Origin: Azolla caroliniana
Lineage: Eukaryota; Plantae; Polypodiophyta
Assembly: GCA_043228905.1 (NCBI GenBank)
Contig: JBHGNT010000003.1
Location: 11,408,001 to 11,472,000 of the forward strand
Reading direction: 5' to 3'
DNA: 64,000 nt
The first letter of the stretch is position 1. The number at the start of each line of letters is the position of its first letter. This document shows, piece by piece, positions 36,460 through 49,699 of the stretch. A program made the position numbers and the translations under genes. The notes under the pieces are model-generated. The model made no database searches and had not been told where the DNA came from. It saw only the letters and a program-made list of their open reading frames with translations.

Positions 36460-39400
36460 TGTTGAAGCAACAAGCTCAACTGGAGCCGGATCGGCTGAAA
36501 AAGCCTGAGCCGACAATCGAGACGGATCGGTAAGCCGGCAAGCAACAGAGCTAGTGAGCTGGGGAGTCGGTTAGCCGGCTCCAATCGGTAACCGAAAGCC
36601 TAGTATTAGTTTAGACTACTAGGCAATTGTAGTCTCGTAGTAAGTGTCAGAAGCTCGTGTGAGCATTGAAGTACGCGGTACTTCTATCAGTCCCATGAGG
36701 ACTTGTATAAATAGTGCTACTGAGCACAATTGTAAAGGACAGAGGCATATATCGTTTTTGAATATAGCTTTTACGTTCTGCTCTCTCTATCTCTCCCACG
36801 TACTCTGTGTATTCCCTACTTTCTCTGTTTCTAACGCTTCCGCAAGTAATCGTTTACATGGTATCAGAGCGCGAGGGTTGAGAACCTCCTCTGCAACTGA
36901 CAAACGCTTGACAGCAAACCCTAACAGGTCGTAAAACAATAGACAGAGAAGTGATGGATAGAGGGATGGCTAGCTCTCTCCCTATGGAGAAACTCGACAG
37001 ATTCAATTATGCATCTTGGTCGTATAAGATGCACCAGTACCTGCTTGGGCATGGCTACTGGAGTTTCGTCGAAGGAGCCAACGAAACAACACCTGATGCG
37101 GCACATAAGGACTTCCCAGTGTGGGAACAATTGGCAAGTAGAGTGATGTACTGCTTCACGTCTAGTGTCGGAGACCAGCTGCTGAGCCACATCCGAGACG
37201 CCAAGACACCAAAGGAGTCTTGGGGGAACCTGAAGAAGGTGTTTGCTGCGAGCACAACAGCTCGGAAGCTGCAACTCCGATAGGAGTTGAGCAATGTCTG
37301 ATAGAAGGACATGTCGGTGGCGGATTACACGGCCCGGATCAGAGAGATCTATGACTCGCTTGCCTCTATCAACGTTACCGTAGAGGAAGATGAGATGGTA
37401 CAAGTCTGTCTTGGGGGCCTGGCGTCGAAGTTCAGAGCGTTCCGAACAACGGTGTGTACAAGGGAGAATACGCCGTCATTTTTCGACTTACAGTCGATGC
37501 TCCTTGTAGAGGAGAACCACGCCGGTGCGTCAACTAGCGCACCCACTGACAGCCGGATGCTGTACAAGGAGGCGGATCGGTCCCGTGGGTGTGGTGGACG
37601 AGGCGGGTCGGCACGCAATGGAGGTAGCTGACAAGAGCAAGAACGAAGGCACAAAGAACGTGCCGACATCAGTTCCGGGACCTCCACTGGCAGGGGGAGT
37701 CAAGGTGGTGCCGGAGGCCAGCAAGACAAATCTGCAACAGAATGCTGGTACTGTGGCGAAAAGGGCCATAGAGAAAGTGAGTGCTGGAGAAAACGCGCCG
37801 ATTCGGACAAATCCGGATCCGGTAAGGCCGGCAAGAATGGCCGGCAAAGCTCGCACTACGCGAAGGGATCAGGAGGATCCAAGAACGGTAACGGGCCAGC
37901 CTTGGTGATGAAGCACGAGGCGAACTCGATGAAGAAGACCACTTCCAAATCGAAGGAAGTGTGGTATGTTGATTCCGGTGCGTCGAACCACATGACGAAC
38001 CACAAAGAATGGTTCTCCTTTTTGGAGAAACCGAATCAACCAGGAGTAGTCGAAACCAGAGACGACACTCCTCACCCAATTCTGCACGTCGGAGAAGTCC
38101 CTTTGAGCCACGTCAGACAGAAGGGGAAGCTGATGAACGTATTACATGTTCCGATGATCACGAAGAACTTGGTGTCGTTCGGACAGATCGTCGACCAAGG
38201 GATGCAGGTGCGGTTTACACACCTTGGGTGCTTCATCGAGGAAGAGGGCCAGATTATTGCGCAAGGGCGTAGAGACGGGAGAATGTTTGTCCTCGACACC
38301 AATGACGTCGGAACCGCTCTGTTTGCAAAAGGACAGAAGGTTGAATTGGACATCAACCTGTGGCACAAGCGGATAGGCCACGTCAATTACCGGAGGCTTC
38401 AAGACCTGCAAACAAAAAAAGTTGTTTTCGGTTTGCCGAAGTTTAGCGGTCGGAAGGCCCAAGTATGTGAAGCCTACCAACTCGGGAAGCAAAACCGGCG
38501 TCCATTCCCCACCGAACGTAACCGGAGCTTTAACAAGCTCGACCTTATCCATTTAGATGTGTGGGGATCGGCACAGAATGTTAGTGTTGGCGGGAGTCGA
38601 TATTTTGTCTCCTTCATCGACGACTATACGCGGCACACATGGATCTACCTCATTGAGCGGAAGAGTGAAGTCTTCGAGTGTTTCCAAAGTCTCCAAAGCA
38701 TGGTGGAACGGGAATCGGAGAGGAAGATCAAATGCTTGCAGTCGGATGGCAGAAAAGAGTACTTTTCTTGCCAATTCAACAGTTATCTGCAGCAAAAGGG
38801 AATTCGGCGAGAGTTCAGCTGCAAATACACACCGCAACAAAACAATGTTGCCGAAAGGAAGAACCGGTCGCTTATTGATGCGGCAAAGGCAATGCTGGAG
38901 GAGAAGAGCATGGCCAAATTCTACTGGTTGGAGGCAGTCCGAACAACTGTCTACCTCTAGAACCGGATCGGTGACAAGGTGTCAGCTCACGAGCTGTATT
39001 TCGGACGCAAGCCAAATTTGAGACACCTTAAGATCTTCGGTAGCATTGCATTTGTGCATGTACTGGAAGAGAAGCGGAGGAAGCTGGATGCAAAATTGGA
39101 AAAATGCATCCTAATTGGCTATGCTCAAGAGCAGAAGGGTTATAAGTGTTATCACCCCCGGAGAAAGCAGGTCCGAGTTAGTCGAGATGTCGAGTTCGAT
39201 GAATCGACATCATGGTACTCCTTACTGGCTCCGACTTCTGAATCGAACCGGTGCCGGTGGATGAGGCTAGTGAGCCTGAACCGGCCCAAGTAGAGGATGA
39301 TGAAGCGTGGACTCAGGATGAGAGTCCGGAATTGTTCCGGTTGAGGGGCCAAACGAGAGACTGAGTCAATCTGTCCAGTCCGATGAGGAACCGGCGAGTA

Positions 39401-42369
39401 GTGGAGACTTTGTTGTGCACTCCCCGCGCAAGGAACCGAGGTGATGGTTCACGCGCAAAGAGAAGGGGAAGAAGAAGATGCCGAAATTCGAAACTGGCAA
39501 CGATGAGTCAGATCGGTTTGCATCCGACTCCGGCAAGGAGAAAGGCAGATCTTCGGCAACGAAGATCGAACCGGCCAAGAAGGGCCTCAAACCGGGTAAC
39601 AGTGAGTTACGTCGGTCCACCCGCCAGAAGGATCCCGTCAAGCGGTATGGGTACAATGAGTACATGGCGCATCACTATGCGTACATGACTAAGGTGGCGG
39701 AAGTGCATTAGCCGGAGAGCTACGCAGAAGCGGCCAAGGCCACAAATTGGCGTGCCGCTATGGAAGAAGAAATGCGGGCACTTGATGTCAACAAGACATG
39801 GGACCTGGTTGACCCTCCTCGTCACTGTAAACCGATCAGATGCAAGTGGATATACAAGTTAAAGTACAACACCGATGGTTCTGTTAACCGGTATAAAGCC
39901 CGGTTTGTGGCGAAGGGATACGCGCAGACCCATGGAATCTACTACGACGAGACCTTCGCTCCGGTAGCGAAGATGACGACGGTTCGTGTGGTGCTGGCGG
40001 TTGCTGCAGCAAGGGGGTGGCATCTTCACTAGATGGATGTGAAGAATGCGTTTCTTCAGCGTGATCTTGAAGAAGAAGTCTTTATGACTCAGCCCCCCGG
40101 CTTTGAATCGGAGATGAACAAGTCGGCGGTATGCTGGTTGAAGAAGTCTTTGTACGGCCTGAAGCAAGCCCCTTGAGCTTGGAATGTGAAGATCACGCAC
40201 CGGTTGCATAAGATAGGGTTTGTGGCCTCCAAATCGGACTCTTCATTGTTCATCCGGCAAGGCTCAGCCGGTCCGGTATGTATACTGTTGTATGTTGATG
40301 ATCTAGTCATCACCGGACCAGGAGTTCTAGAAATCAACCGCGTCAAGTCCCAGTTGTCGGACGCATTTGAGATGAAGGATCTGGGGGACCTCATTATTTT
40401 CTAGGGATCGAGGTGATCCGAACCCTGGATGGCATATTGCTCTCACAACGACATTACGTCTTGAATATGCTGTACAAGTTTGGCATGACAGAATGTCGAC
40501 CTGTCTCCACACCCTTGGACTGGAACCAGAAGCTTCGTCCCAACTCTGGACCGGCCTGCAATGAGCAACGGTTCTGACAGATTGTCGGAAGCCTTATTTA
40601 CTTGACTATCACACGACCCGACATCAGCTATCCAGTCGGAATGATAAGTCAGCTCATGCAGAAGCCGACCGAGGAGTACCTTCAGTGCGCGCAAAGGATA
40701 TTGCGGTATGTCAGTGACACGAAGGACCGGGGCCTGTTATACCGGCGTGGTATACCCGAAGAGCTCGTCGGTTACACGGATGCCGACTGGGCCGGTGATG
40801 CATTAGATCGCCGATCAACCTCCGGTTACATGTTTTCCTAGGTAGCGCGGCTGTTGCGTGGAGCAACAAAAGTAGCCAACAGTTGCTCTGTCGAGCACTG
40901 AGGCTGAGTATCGGGGCTCTGCCATTTCCACCTGTGAAGCCATCTAGCTTCGGCGACTGCTGCAAGACTTACGGATCGAGGTACCGACCCCGATTCTGGT
41001 CTACTGCGACAACATAAGCAGCATGCAACTCGCCAAGAACCCTGTGTTCCATGCTCGCATGAAGCACATAGAAGTGCATTATCACTTTGTGTGTGAGCGG
41101 GTCCTGAGCGGTGAAGTTGAACTATGGTATGTTCACACGGATCGGCAGGTAGCCGACATCTTCACCAAGCCGCTCGTATCGGACAAGTTGCAGCACTTCA
41201 CCGAAATGCTTGGTGTTCAACATCTCGACGTGCCACATTTAAGGGGGAGAACGGGCAAAGGCAAAGAGACTGCCGATTGCGCCGGTGATGGAAGAAAAGA
41301 AGGCGGCAGAGTCAAGAAGGATAGAGCCAACCGAAGGAAGAAGGCCAAGACCCGGACATGGTCCGATGTGGTGAAGGGCTTGGAACCAGAAGACGAATCG
41401 GGAGCAACCGATTCGAACAAGAGCTGGAATGAATCAGAGACAGTCGATTTGTTTCAAAAGACATATTCGGAAGAACCAAATCAATTCAAGGCCAAGCAGA
41501 CACGGATGTAGTGGAAGTCGATGCCATCGCGGAGGAATCGACGGATCGATAAGTGCCAGAGTCATAGAAGCGAAGGAGCTGAGAGGGGCCTATTGAGCAG
41601 ACATACCGATCAAGAAGGTCGAGGCGCGCAGAACAAGAGGGGTCGCGGCAAACAGAACCAGACTGGACAAGGAGCGCGAGCAAGGCGGAGCGACGCCAGG
41701 AGAAGTCGGTTGGAAGAACCGACTGCCATAGAGACTGACACTAGGATCCAACCTCAAGTTGAGCTTGAGGGGGAGTGTTGAAGCGGCAAGCTCAACTGGA
41801 GCTGGATTAGCTGAAAAAGCCTGAGCCAACAAGCGCAACGGATCGGTAAGCCGGCAAGCAACAGAGCTGGTGAGCTGGGGAGCCGGTTAGCTGGCTCCAA
41901 TCGGTAACCGGAAGACTAGTATTAGTTTAGACTACTAGGCAATTATAGTCTCGTAGTAAGTGTCAGAAGCTCGTGTGAGCATTGAAGTACGCGGTACTTC
42001 TGTCAGTCCCATGAGGACTTGTATAAATAGTGCTACTGAGCACAATTGTAAAGGACAAAGGCATATATCGTTTTTGAATATAGCTTTTACGTTCTGCTCT
42101 CTCTATCTCTCCCGCGTACTCTGTGTATTCCCTACTTTCTCTGTTTCTAATGCAAGTAATCGTTTACATGGTATCAGAGCGCGAGGGTTGAGAACCTCCT
42201 TTGCAACCGACAAACGCTTGACAGCAAACCCTAACAGGTCGTAAAACAACAGACAGAGAAGTGATGGATAGAGGGATGGTTAGCTCACTCCCTATGGAGA
42301 AACTCGACAGATCCAATTATGCATCTTGGTCGTATAAGATGCACCAGTACCTGCAAGTAATCGTTTACA
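36460..42369 (+). mobile_element. Full-length but decayed Copia family A element A3; LTRs 36460-36858 and 41776-42168, plus an extra PBS-gag-LTR-end tail
   Basis: TSD ATCAC/ATCAC. PBS TGGTATCAGAGC at 36859 and again at 42169. PPT GAGGGGGAG. Confidence 0.95.
36954..41781 (+). pseudogene. A3 gag-pol (Gag, CCHC, PR, IN, RT, RNase H, 3' extension) with stops and frameshifts
   Basis: ECWYCGEKGH knuckle, WYVDSGAS (PR), YFVSFIDDY (IN), YVDDL (RT), YTDADWAG (RH). Confidence 0.9.
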
Positions 42370-43612
42370 ATCACCAATGGGGAAGTGAGAGGCGTCAGTT
42401 TCTACCTGGAAGGGTTGTGTGGGGTTGACATGTAGAAGCATGGGGGTAGTGGTGAATGCGTGTTTGAGAGAGTCGAACGCATTTTGTGCCGTTGAGGTCC
42501 ATAGAAAGGGAGTACCTTTGCGTGTGAGGGAGATAAGAGGATGGATGGGCTAGAGTGGAAAACCCCTTGATGAAGCGACGGTAAAAATTGGCAAAGCCAA
42601 GGAAGGATTTCACATCTTAAGTCGAGTTGGAGTTGCCCACTCCCGAATGACGGAAACCTTCTTCAGATCCATCGTGATGCAAGTGGGTGAGATGATGTAA
42701 CCCAGGAATTCAATCGAGTTACTTTTCCGCCATGTTTGGAGTCAAAATGAGAACATCATCTAGGTAGATGACCACAAAATGATCGAGATATTCTCGGAAT
42801 ATATCGTTCATCATATGTTGAAAAATAGTTGGGGCATTAGTAAGGCCGAAAGGCATTAAGGACCTTGTATTCGAAATGCCCATATCATGTTCGGAAGGTG
42901 GTTTTCCATTCATCACTGGGCTTGATGCGTACCAGATTGTATGCGCCACGTACATCAACTTTGGAGAAGACACGCTCAGTGCAGAGCCTGTCGAGGAGTT
43001 CAGGAATCATAGGGAGTGGATAGCGGTTGCAAACGGTGAGTTTGTTGAGACCCCGATAGTCTACACATAAGCGTAGAAGGTTGAATAAATCCTTTCGCGA
43101 GGTTCTCATCGAGATACACTCGAAGGGCCTTTAGCTCTGGTGCAGACAATGCATATATAGGAGCAAAGGGTGGACACACGCCTTCTTGAAGATCGATGGG
43201 AGAGTTACAGAGTCTTTCAATTAATCAACTCATCCCTTTGATTATCTTCTACTCTCTTGTGTATATTTTCTACTCGTGACAATTTGTTCACCTTGATTAT
43301 AATCTAGGTGAACACACATATTTATACAAGTTCTGAGACTAAATATCTCTAGAATATACCTGAGAAATATCTCTAGAATATACTCATCTAGAATATACTA
43401 AAGATTAGAATATTTTATATGCTAGGCTATATAATATTAATCATATACAATTTATATATAACTTAAGGGTTTTCAAATGGTTTATCTAATACTACATATT
43501 GGGTGTGTTATAGGTCAGAGGTTCGAGTCACATCTTAGATGTGACAACCCTTTATATATAGGGTTATGGTCGATTACGCTTGGAGTGTGAACCATTACAG
43601 GCGTTCATAACA

Positions 43613-46600
43613 CTTCATTCTATACCTACGACCTCATAATTACTTTACGGTTGTTTCTGTCCCTACACCTTCCTTTTCTTCTGCGTTTTCCCACTTGGTC
43701 GACTTAGGCGGCCAATAAATGGCACACTTGTGGGACAAGGCTTAGCACGTCGGACCCACTTCCACCCTTTATTCATCATCCAAAATATTGGGGATATTGG
43801 GTTCTGGGCAGTTGCACATGTTAGTTGTGATAGGAGTTGCCACGACATTGCTTGGCTTGGTCGTGTTAGACTCTTGTTGTGAACTTGGTTCTGTGGGGGT
43901 AGGCCCGGAAGGAAGTTCAGATTCCATTGATTCTGATACCGCTACCTGCATCCAAGCCTGTGGTGCCCCCTCCGTGGGATCATTGCTCGGCGCTTGTTCC
44001 TCGTGTTGGTCATTGGCTGGAGGTTCTTGTAGTGACTCTTCCCGAGGTTCCTCCCGTGGTTCCTCCCATGCTATGTCGGCCGTGACTTTGGGGGTGTGGT
44101 GGGTATCACTTGGTGTGGGCTCTTGTGGTTGCGGTGCCATGGTAACCTCTGGTTCGGGACTTCATCATAGCCCTGCATAGACTCGTGAATGTTATGCTCC
44201 CCGGAGTCGCTGTCTGGGAGTATGATGGTCGCCGCTCTTTTCACCTCCTCTGCTTTCCGTTGTTCAACTTCGATAGCTTGGAGTTGGATGGAGGTATCAA
44301 TTTGGCTATCACTAAAATCCCCCATTAGCTGCATTATCTCCTCACAGTGGCGATCGACCAAGGCTTGGTAGTCTTGCATAAGGTCATTTCGGACTGTGGC
44401 AATGCTTTCTGATATGTGTAGAGAAGTGGCTCGCTTCCTCTTTTTGTGAAAATGCAAAGTTAGGGTTCAAGATTCGTCGAGCCATTGTGTGGACGTGTGT
44501 ACTTGCTTTCTTGGAAGTTGTGTTTGCATGTAACCTCCTTAAATAGTCATGAATTCCCCTTTTTTTTGTTTTTCATTTCATTTCATACCTAATGGTTATC
44601 GGTGTGATTAGAGTACATTAGTGTTATATACTTACAAGTGAGTTATTATCGTTGTCAGTTACCCACAATCGCCATGGCGGGACATGGCCCGTTTTTCGTA
44701 TCGATTCGAAAAGGGTTCGACGGTGTGGGGCCCCAATACGACTTCAACTGAAAACCGTTGACCTTTTTGCCTAGAGCTTCCCCTGCGAGAGTGCCCATCT
44801 CGAATGTCCCATTTTCGACGCCTATTATCCAATACGGCCCGGTCCATTTGAATAGTAGTTTTCCTAGCATATGTCCCATGCGTGTTTGGAACACTAGGAA
44901 CGCTTTTCCAACTTTAAACCATTTCTCGTTGGTGCCGCGGTGCTGATCTACAAATGCCTTCTATTTACGTTGTTCTTCGTCTAAAATTGCCATGTTGTGG
45001 ACCCTGGTTTCACCGAGCTTGAGGAGTTGATGTAAGCGGACTTGCTCGGATTGTTGTTCGGAAAGACGCTCTCGAACTTGTATCCGTAAACTCGGAACCT
45101 GAATTTCCACAAGCATTACGACTTCTAGTCCGAATGCTAGCCGGAATGGAGTTGATTGGATACTGGTCTTAAAACTAGTACGGTATGCCCATAGGGCACT
45201 ATGCAATTTACTGTCCCAATCCATGCGGTTTTCGTTGACGACTTTCTTTAGGATGTTCTGGAGCGCTTTAGTCATCGATTCCGCGAGTCCATTTGCCTGT
45301 GGATAATAAGGCGTGGTTTTCTTCTGCACTACGGGGTAATGGTCGGTGAGATCGTGGATTACCTCGTTGAGGAAATGGCCTCCTTGGTCGTTGATTAGCA
45401 CCAGATGGCACCAGATGTGCTCGTATAAGAATCGTGCGGTGGATGCCGTTGTGTTATCTCGTAAAGCTTTTGCTTCTACTCACTTCGTACAGTAGTCCGT
45501 GGCCACGAAGATGTACCTATTACCTATCCGTGCCGTTGTTGGAGTAAATGGTTCGACGAAATCAAGACCCCATTTTTGGAATGGTTCTAGTGGTAGCATT
45601 GGTTGATGGGGCATCCACGCTAATTCTGTTGGTTGACCCATTTGCCGACACAGGTCACATTCTTTACAGTACGTGTGGGCATCCTTCTGTGTTGTTGGCC
45701 ATTAAAGTCCTCCTTGCCATATCTTATGTGCGGTTACCTCCCCTGCGTAGGGACCCCCTACTATTCCGCAGTGAGGTTATCGTAATACCGCGCTCTTCTC
45801 ATCTTGGCGTACACACCTTTGCCAAATACGGTCGCTTCTTTTATGGTATAATATTCCTTCGAGCAGAGAAAAAGTCTGGCTTCTGACTGCATGACGCATC
45901 TTTTCATCTGTATGCAGGCGTGGAGGTGGTAGCCCCGTACTTAAAAAATATGTCATTTCCTCCAGCCATTTGTTCGGGAAGTTCATGCCTTCCTCGACAT
46001 CGCTTGCCGAAATACATAGGATTCTGGTATCCGGAAAGTCGTCGTGCCCTTTGACCACTTCTTTTCCATTTTCGATCCGGCTTAGATAATCGGCCACTAC
46101 GTGTTGGGTCCTTGGCCGATGCTAGATCTCGAACTCGAACTCCTATAATTGCAGCATCCACTGGGCCAGCTTCATGGTCAATGATTGTTTTAAGACGAGA
46201 TAGAGTAGCGCCGCGTGATCAACATGAAAGATGAACTTCCGGCCTAATAGATAATGTCGAAATTTGTTGACGTTATATATCATCCCTAATGCTTCTCGCT
46301 CTATCGTGGAGTAATTTCATTCAACGTCAGTTAATTTGTGGCCAGAGTAGTACACTGGACGATACCAATTCAGCTCGGTTAGTTGCATGAGTACGCTACC
46401 GATGGCTATGTCGCATGCATCCACGAACATGTAAAAAGGCTTCGTCCAGAGGTTGTACGTCTGGTGCCTGCATTAGCATTACTTTTAGTGCTAAGTACAC
46501 ATTGTCTTTTGTCGTTGTCCACTTGAAGGGAGTCTGATGCACTGCCGCGTGTAATGGTGTGGTGAAATCTGCCAAATAGCACAACATGCGGCTATGCTAA

Positions 46601-49157
46601 TGAATCTGCCCCAAGAAGCGACTAAGAACTTTTGCGTTGTATGGGGCTAGGGCCTCAACGATAGCTTTGATTTTTCCGGGATCTACCGCAATACCTTCTT
46701 TGCTCACTATGTGTCCGAGAAGGGCTCCGCTCGTGACACCGAACGTGCATTTGGCCGGATTGAGGCTGAGCCGTGCTGAAGGGCATCGCTCTAAGCATAG
46801 TCATAAATGACCTAAATGATCTGCTCGCGCTCCATATACCACAAAGTCGTCGAGAAAAACCTGCATAAACGCATGGATGAACTCACCAAAAATTTCAGTG
46901 ATGATGCTTTGGAACATTGCTGGGGCAGTCTTCAACGCGAACATCATGACCATGGCTACAAAAGCGGTCTTTTCCTGGTCTTCTAGATGGATACGTATCT
47001 GATTGTACCCGCTAAAGCCTTCCAGGAAGTTGTATGTACATCTCGTGACCCGCGATGACATCGAGTATGATGTTTGTAAATGGCAAAGGAAAGGCGTCCG
47101 TGATCGTTATTGCATTCAATTTGCGATAGTCAACACAAACACGAATTTTGTTGTTTTTCTTTGGTACGACCACGATCAAACTAAGCCACGTGGCTTGTTT
47201 AACTGGCCTAATGAACCAATTTTTAAAAGTTTATCGATTTCTACTTTTACGCGTGCCGCATAATTCGGGTTCATTCAATAGCGCCTTTGTTGGACTGGCT
47301 TACCGTCCGTCGCCAGATTGATCTGATGCTGGTAAAACTTGGGATCCAGTCCCTTCATGTCTTCGTGTGACCACGCAAATACGTCCTTGTATTCCCGCAA
47401 TAGGTCGATCATCTCCACCCTTTTGGGAGGCGTCAGGTCCTTCACTATGGACAGAGGTCGTGGTGTCTCGAGCGTCCCTACATTAATTTCTTCTAAGTCC
47501 GACATTGGAACCCATCGAGATATTTCCATTTCTCGATGAAATGCACCACGTGCCCTACTTAGTTCTGGTTCTGGTTCGTATTCCTCCACACCTGGCGCGG
47601 CTACCGCGACGTACCCGTTGGCCCCTATAATGACATCTATTTCGAACAACGGTACTATTCATGGATTCTCCTCTAGATACGCCTCGAGTTCCGTCTCATC
47701 TAGCCCTTCTAGCATGTTGACTTCTTCCATGTAATGCGGTGTTATCGCTTTTATGGGTGGTGTGATCTCCTGGGTCAGAACCCGAACTTTGGCTCAGCCC
47801 CGTCGAAAGCAAATACTATTGAACTGCCAGTTCTGCTTGATACTAGTGGAACGTAACCATGGATGACCTAGCAAGATAGGGTATGCGCTAGGAGCATTGA
47901 GAGCCAAGACGACGACTGCTATCTCAAAAGCATGGCCACCTATCACGATTTGTAGTTTTCTGACCAACCCTAATGGTCAGACAGAACATGTATCCGCCAT
48001 ACGGGGCCAGAATAGGCATAATTCCCACTCCATAATGCCTAGACGGTTACACGTGGCTTTACTGATAAGGTTCACCCCGGAACCTCCATCGACAATACAA
48101 CCTGGGATTTCCTCACCTTGCAAAACCACCTTGATAGCCGGATTCTGATGGTCGATCACCGCTAATCCCATACTAGACTCTGTAAAATTGGTCGGAATCT
48201 CGACTCTATCCATGCCCCATAATTGTGTTTCCACAGCTTCCCAAAATTGAGGAACTAGGTTCAATAACTTCTCCATTGTCAAAGTAATCTAACAATCCGC
48301 AAGTACTTGCCATATCGGGTACTCTGTTGGTGTCATATCCTGTACGTGGGAGGATGAATCTGTGTTCGCCGACTCCTGGCGCAAACGGTTAACATTGGCT
48401 TCATTCGCCTTTTCGACCCAAGCTTTAGTAGCTTTGGAGATCTCGTCTTGTGCTGCCCATTCAATGGTCTTGGCCTTAAGCGGGTCGTAAATTGTTAGAT
48501 TTCCTTCGTGATGGTGTTCACGGTTGGCCCTTTTCCCTTATCGCGTCGTGGGATTGAGTCGTGTAGTGTCCTAGTTGTTGGAAAATAAAACAATGGACAC
48601 TAGACTCACCTTTTTCGACGACTGGTGGTGCCTGCTCCTCCTGAGATCGCTGGTAATGTTTATTATTACGGGGCTTCCGACGATAATTGCAACGATTATC
48701 CTGGCGCCGCTCATCCTCCAAACTCTCATCATGGATACACTGATTTCGCGATTGTCGATTTCCACCGTATGAGCGTGACTCAGCCTGTTCACCGCAATTG
48801 TTAGTGGAATGCCGGTTGTCGTAGTGTCGTCCTCCCCGAGGATTATAGTGATCATTTCTTGATCCTCATCCTCTGAATAGGGATTATTGTCGCGGTGAGG
48901 ACGATTGGGACGACTCGAATGATGTTTGCGCTCTGAACGCCGGTAGCGCTCCTCTTGTCGGCTCTGGTCGCTTTGTCGATTAGTACGTTGAGGCACGATA
49001 TAGTGTGCAGGTGCTAAAGGGAGATTTAACATATTATATTCGCACTGGTCCACCGTATGTGCTCGCGAGTGACAATAGGAAACTAGCCTCGCATGTTGCA
49101 ATCAATCGCTAAGTGTCCCGGGTTTAAACAGATCGTGCACTGGATGGCCAGTTGGAA
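43613..49157 (-). mobile_element. Decayed non-chromovirus Gypsy P (gag end, PR, RT, RH, IN, extra 3' ORF); no LTR seen
   Basis: PR IVDGGSGVN (47977-48282), RT GFSGYNQI/VFLDDF (46801-47061), IN DQGGHF...YYPQANGLAE (44961-45401), KWTGPY (44655-44894). Confidence 0.88.
43663..44529 (-). pseudogene. Additional ORF downstream of P integrase, function unknown (one stop, two apparent frameshifts)
   Basis: ATG 44529 is in frame with ORF 44071-44457, followed by the overlapping ORFs 43769-44140 and 43663-43848. Confidence 0.5.
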
Positions 49158-49196
49158 AGGGTTTAGGGTTTAGTGTTTTAGAGTTTAGGGTTTAGA
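49158..49196 (+). repeat. Short interstitial plant telomere-like tract (degenerate TTTAGGG, ~5 units)
   Basis: AGGG TTTAGGG TTTAGTG TTTTAGAG TTTAGGG TTTAGA. Confidence 0.75.
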
Positions 49197-49699
49197 TGAT
49201 TAGAGATCTAGGTACTAAAGTAAGCTTAAGATAAGGATAAAATAATGATAGATAGAAAGGAGAAAGAGAAAGAAGGGTGCCGATACACCCGACCACCCCC
49301 GAGCGAAGGGATCAAGATGGACTCGAGCCTCGATCGGCGTCCCATACCAGCGTCGTGGCATCGAGTCGTACCTGGTGCTGGCGCGCTCGCTACATGAGTT
49401 GACCCACCACAAGAGCAGAGTCTCGATGCAGTCAAAAGATGATCTAATGAGGGTAGCTAGGCCTCTTATTTATAGCGATACCCAAGGCCCCTAGGCAAGT
49501 GCACAGTTGACCTAATGGGTTGTCTCAATCCCGAGGATTAAAAGTAATCCTCCCCTTCTTTACACTCTCGTTTAACCCTCACACTTATCCACGTGTATAG
49601 AATACTACGGTAAATTCTCACCACGGGATATTAAATGGTCATGCCCGTAACATACTCCCCTTCTTTAAAACATTGCACTCTTGCAATGGAAAGTTAGGG

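Larger units (their letters stand above)
35873..43612 (-). mobile_element. Decayed Gypsy T (Tcn1/Tf-like pol): partial LTR ~43203-43612 fused to RT; RNase H continues at 35873-36459 beyond the A3 insertion
   Basis: RT motifs [25 protein letters not shown] and SFLGFANFYRRF. RH motif HPVAYYSRKF...KELAAII. Confidence 0.88.

Noticed and set aside
44530-44542. Shine-Dalgarno-like AAGGAGG before ATG 44529
   Set aside because: Single occurrence in a eukaryotic retroelement with no other bacterial features; likely chance.
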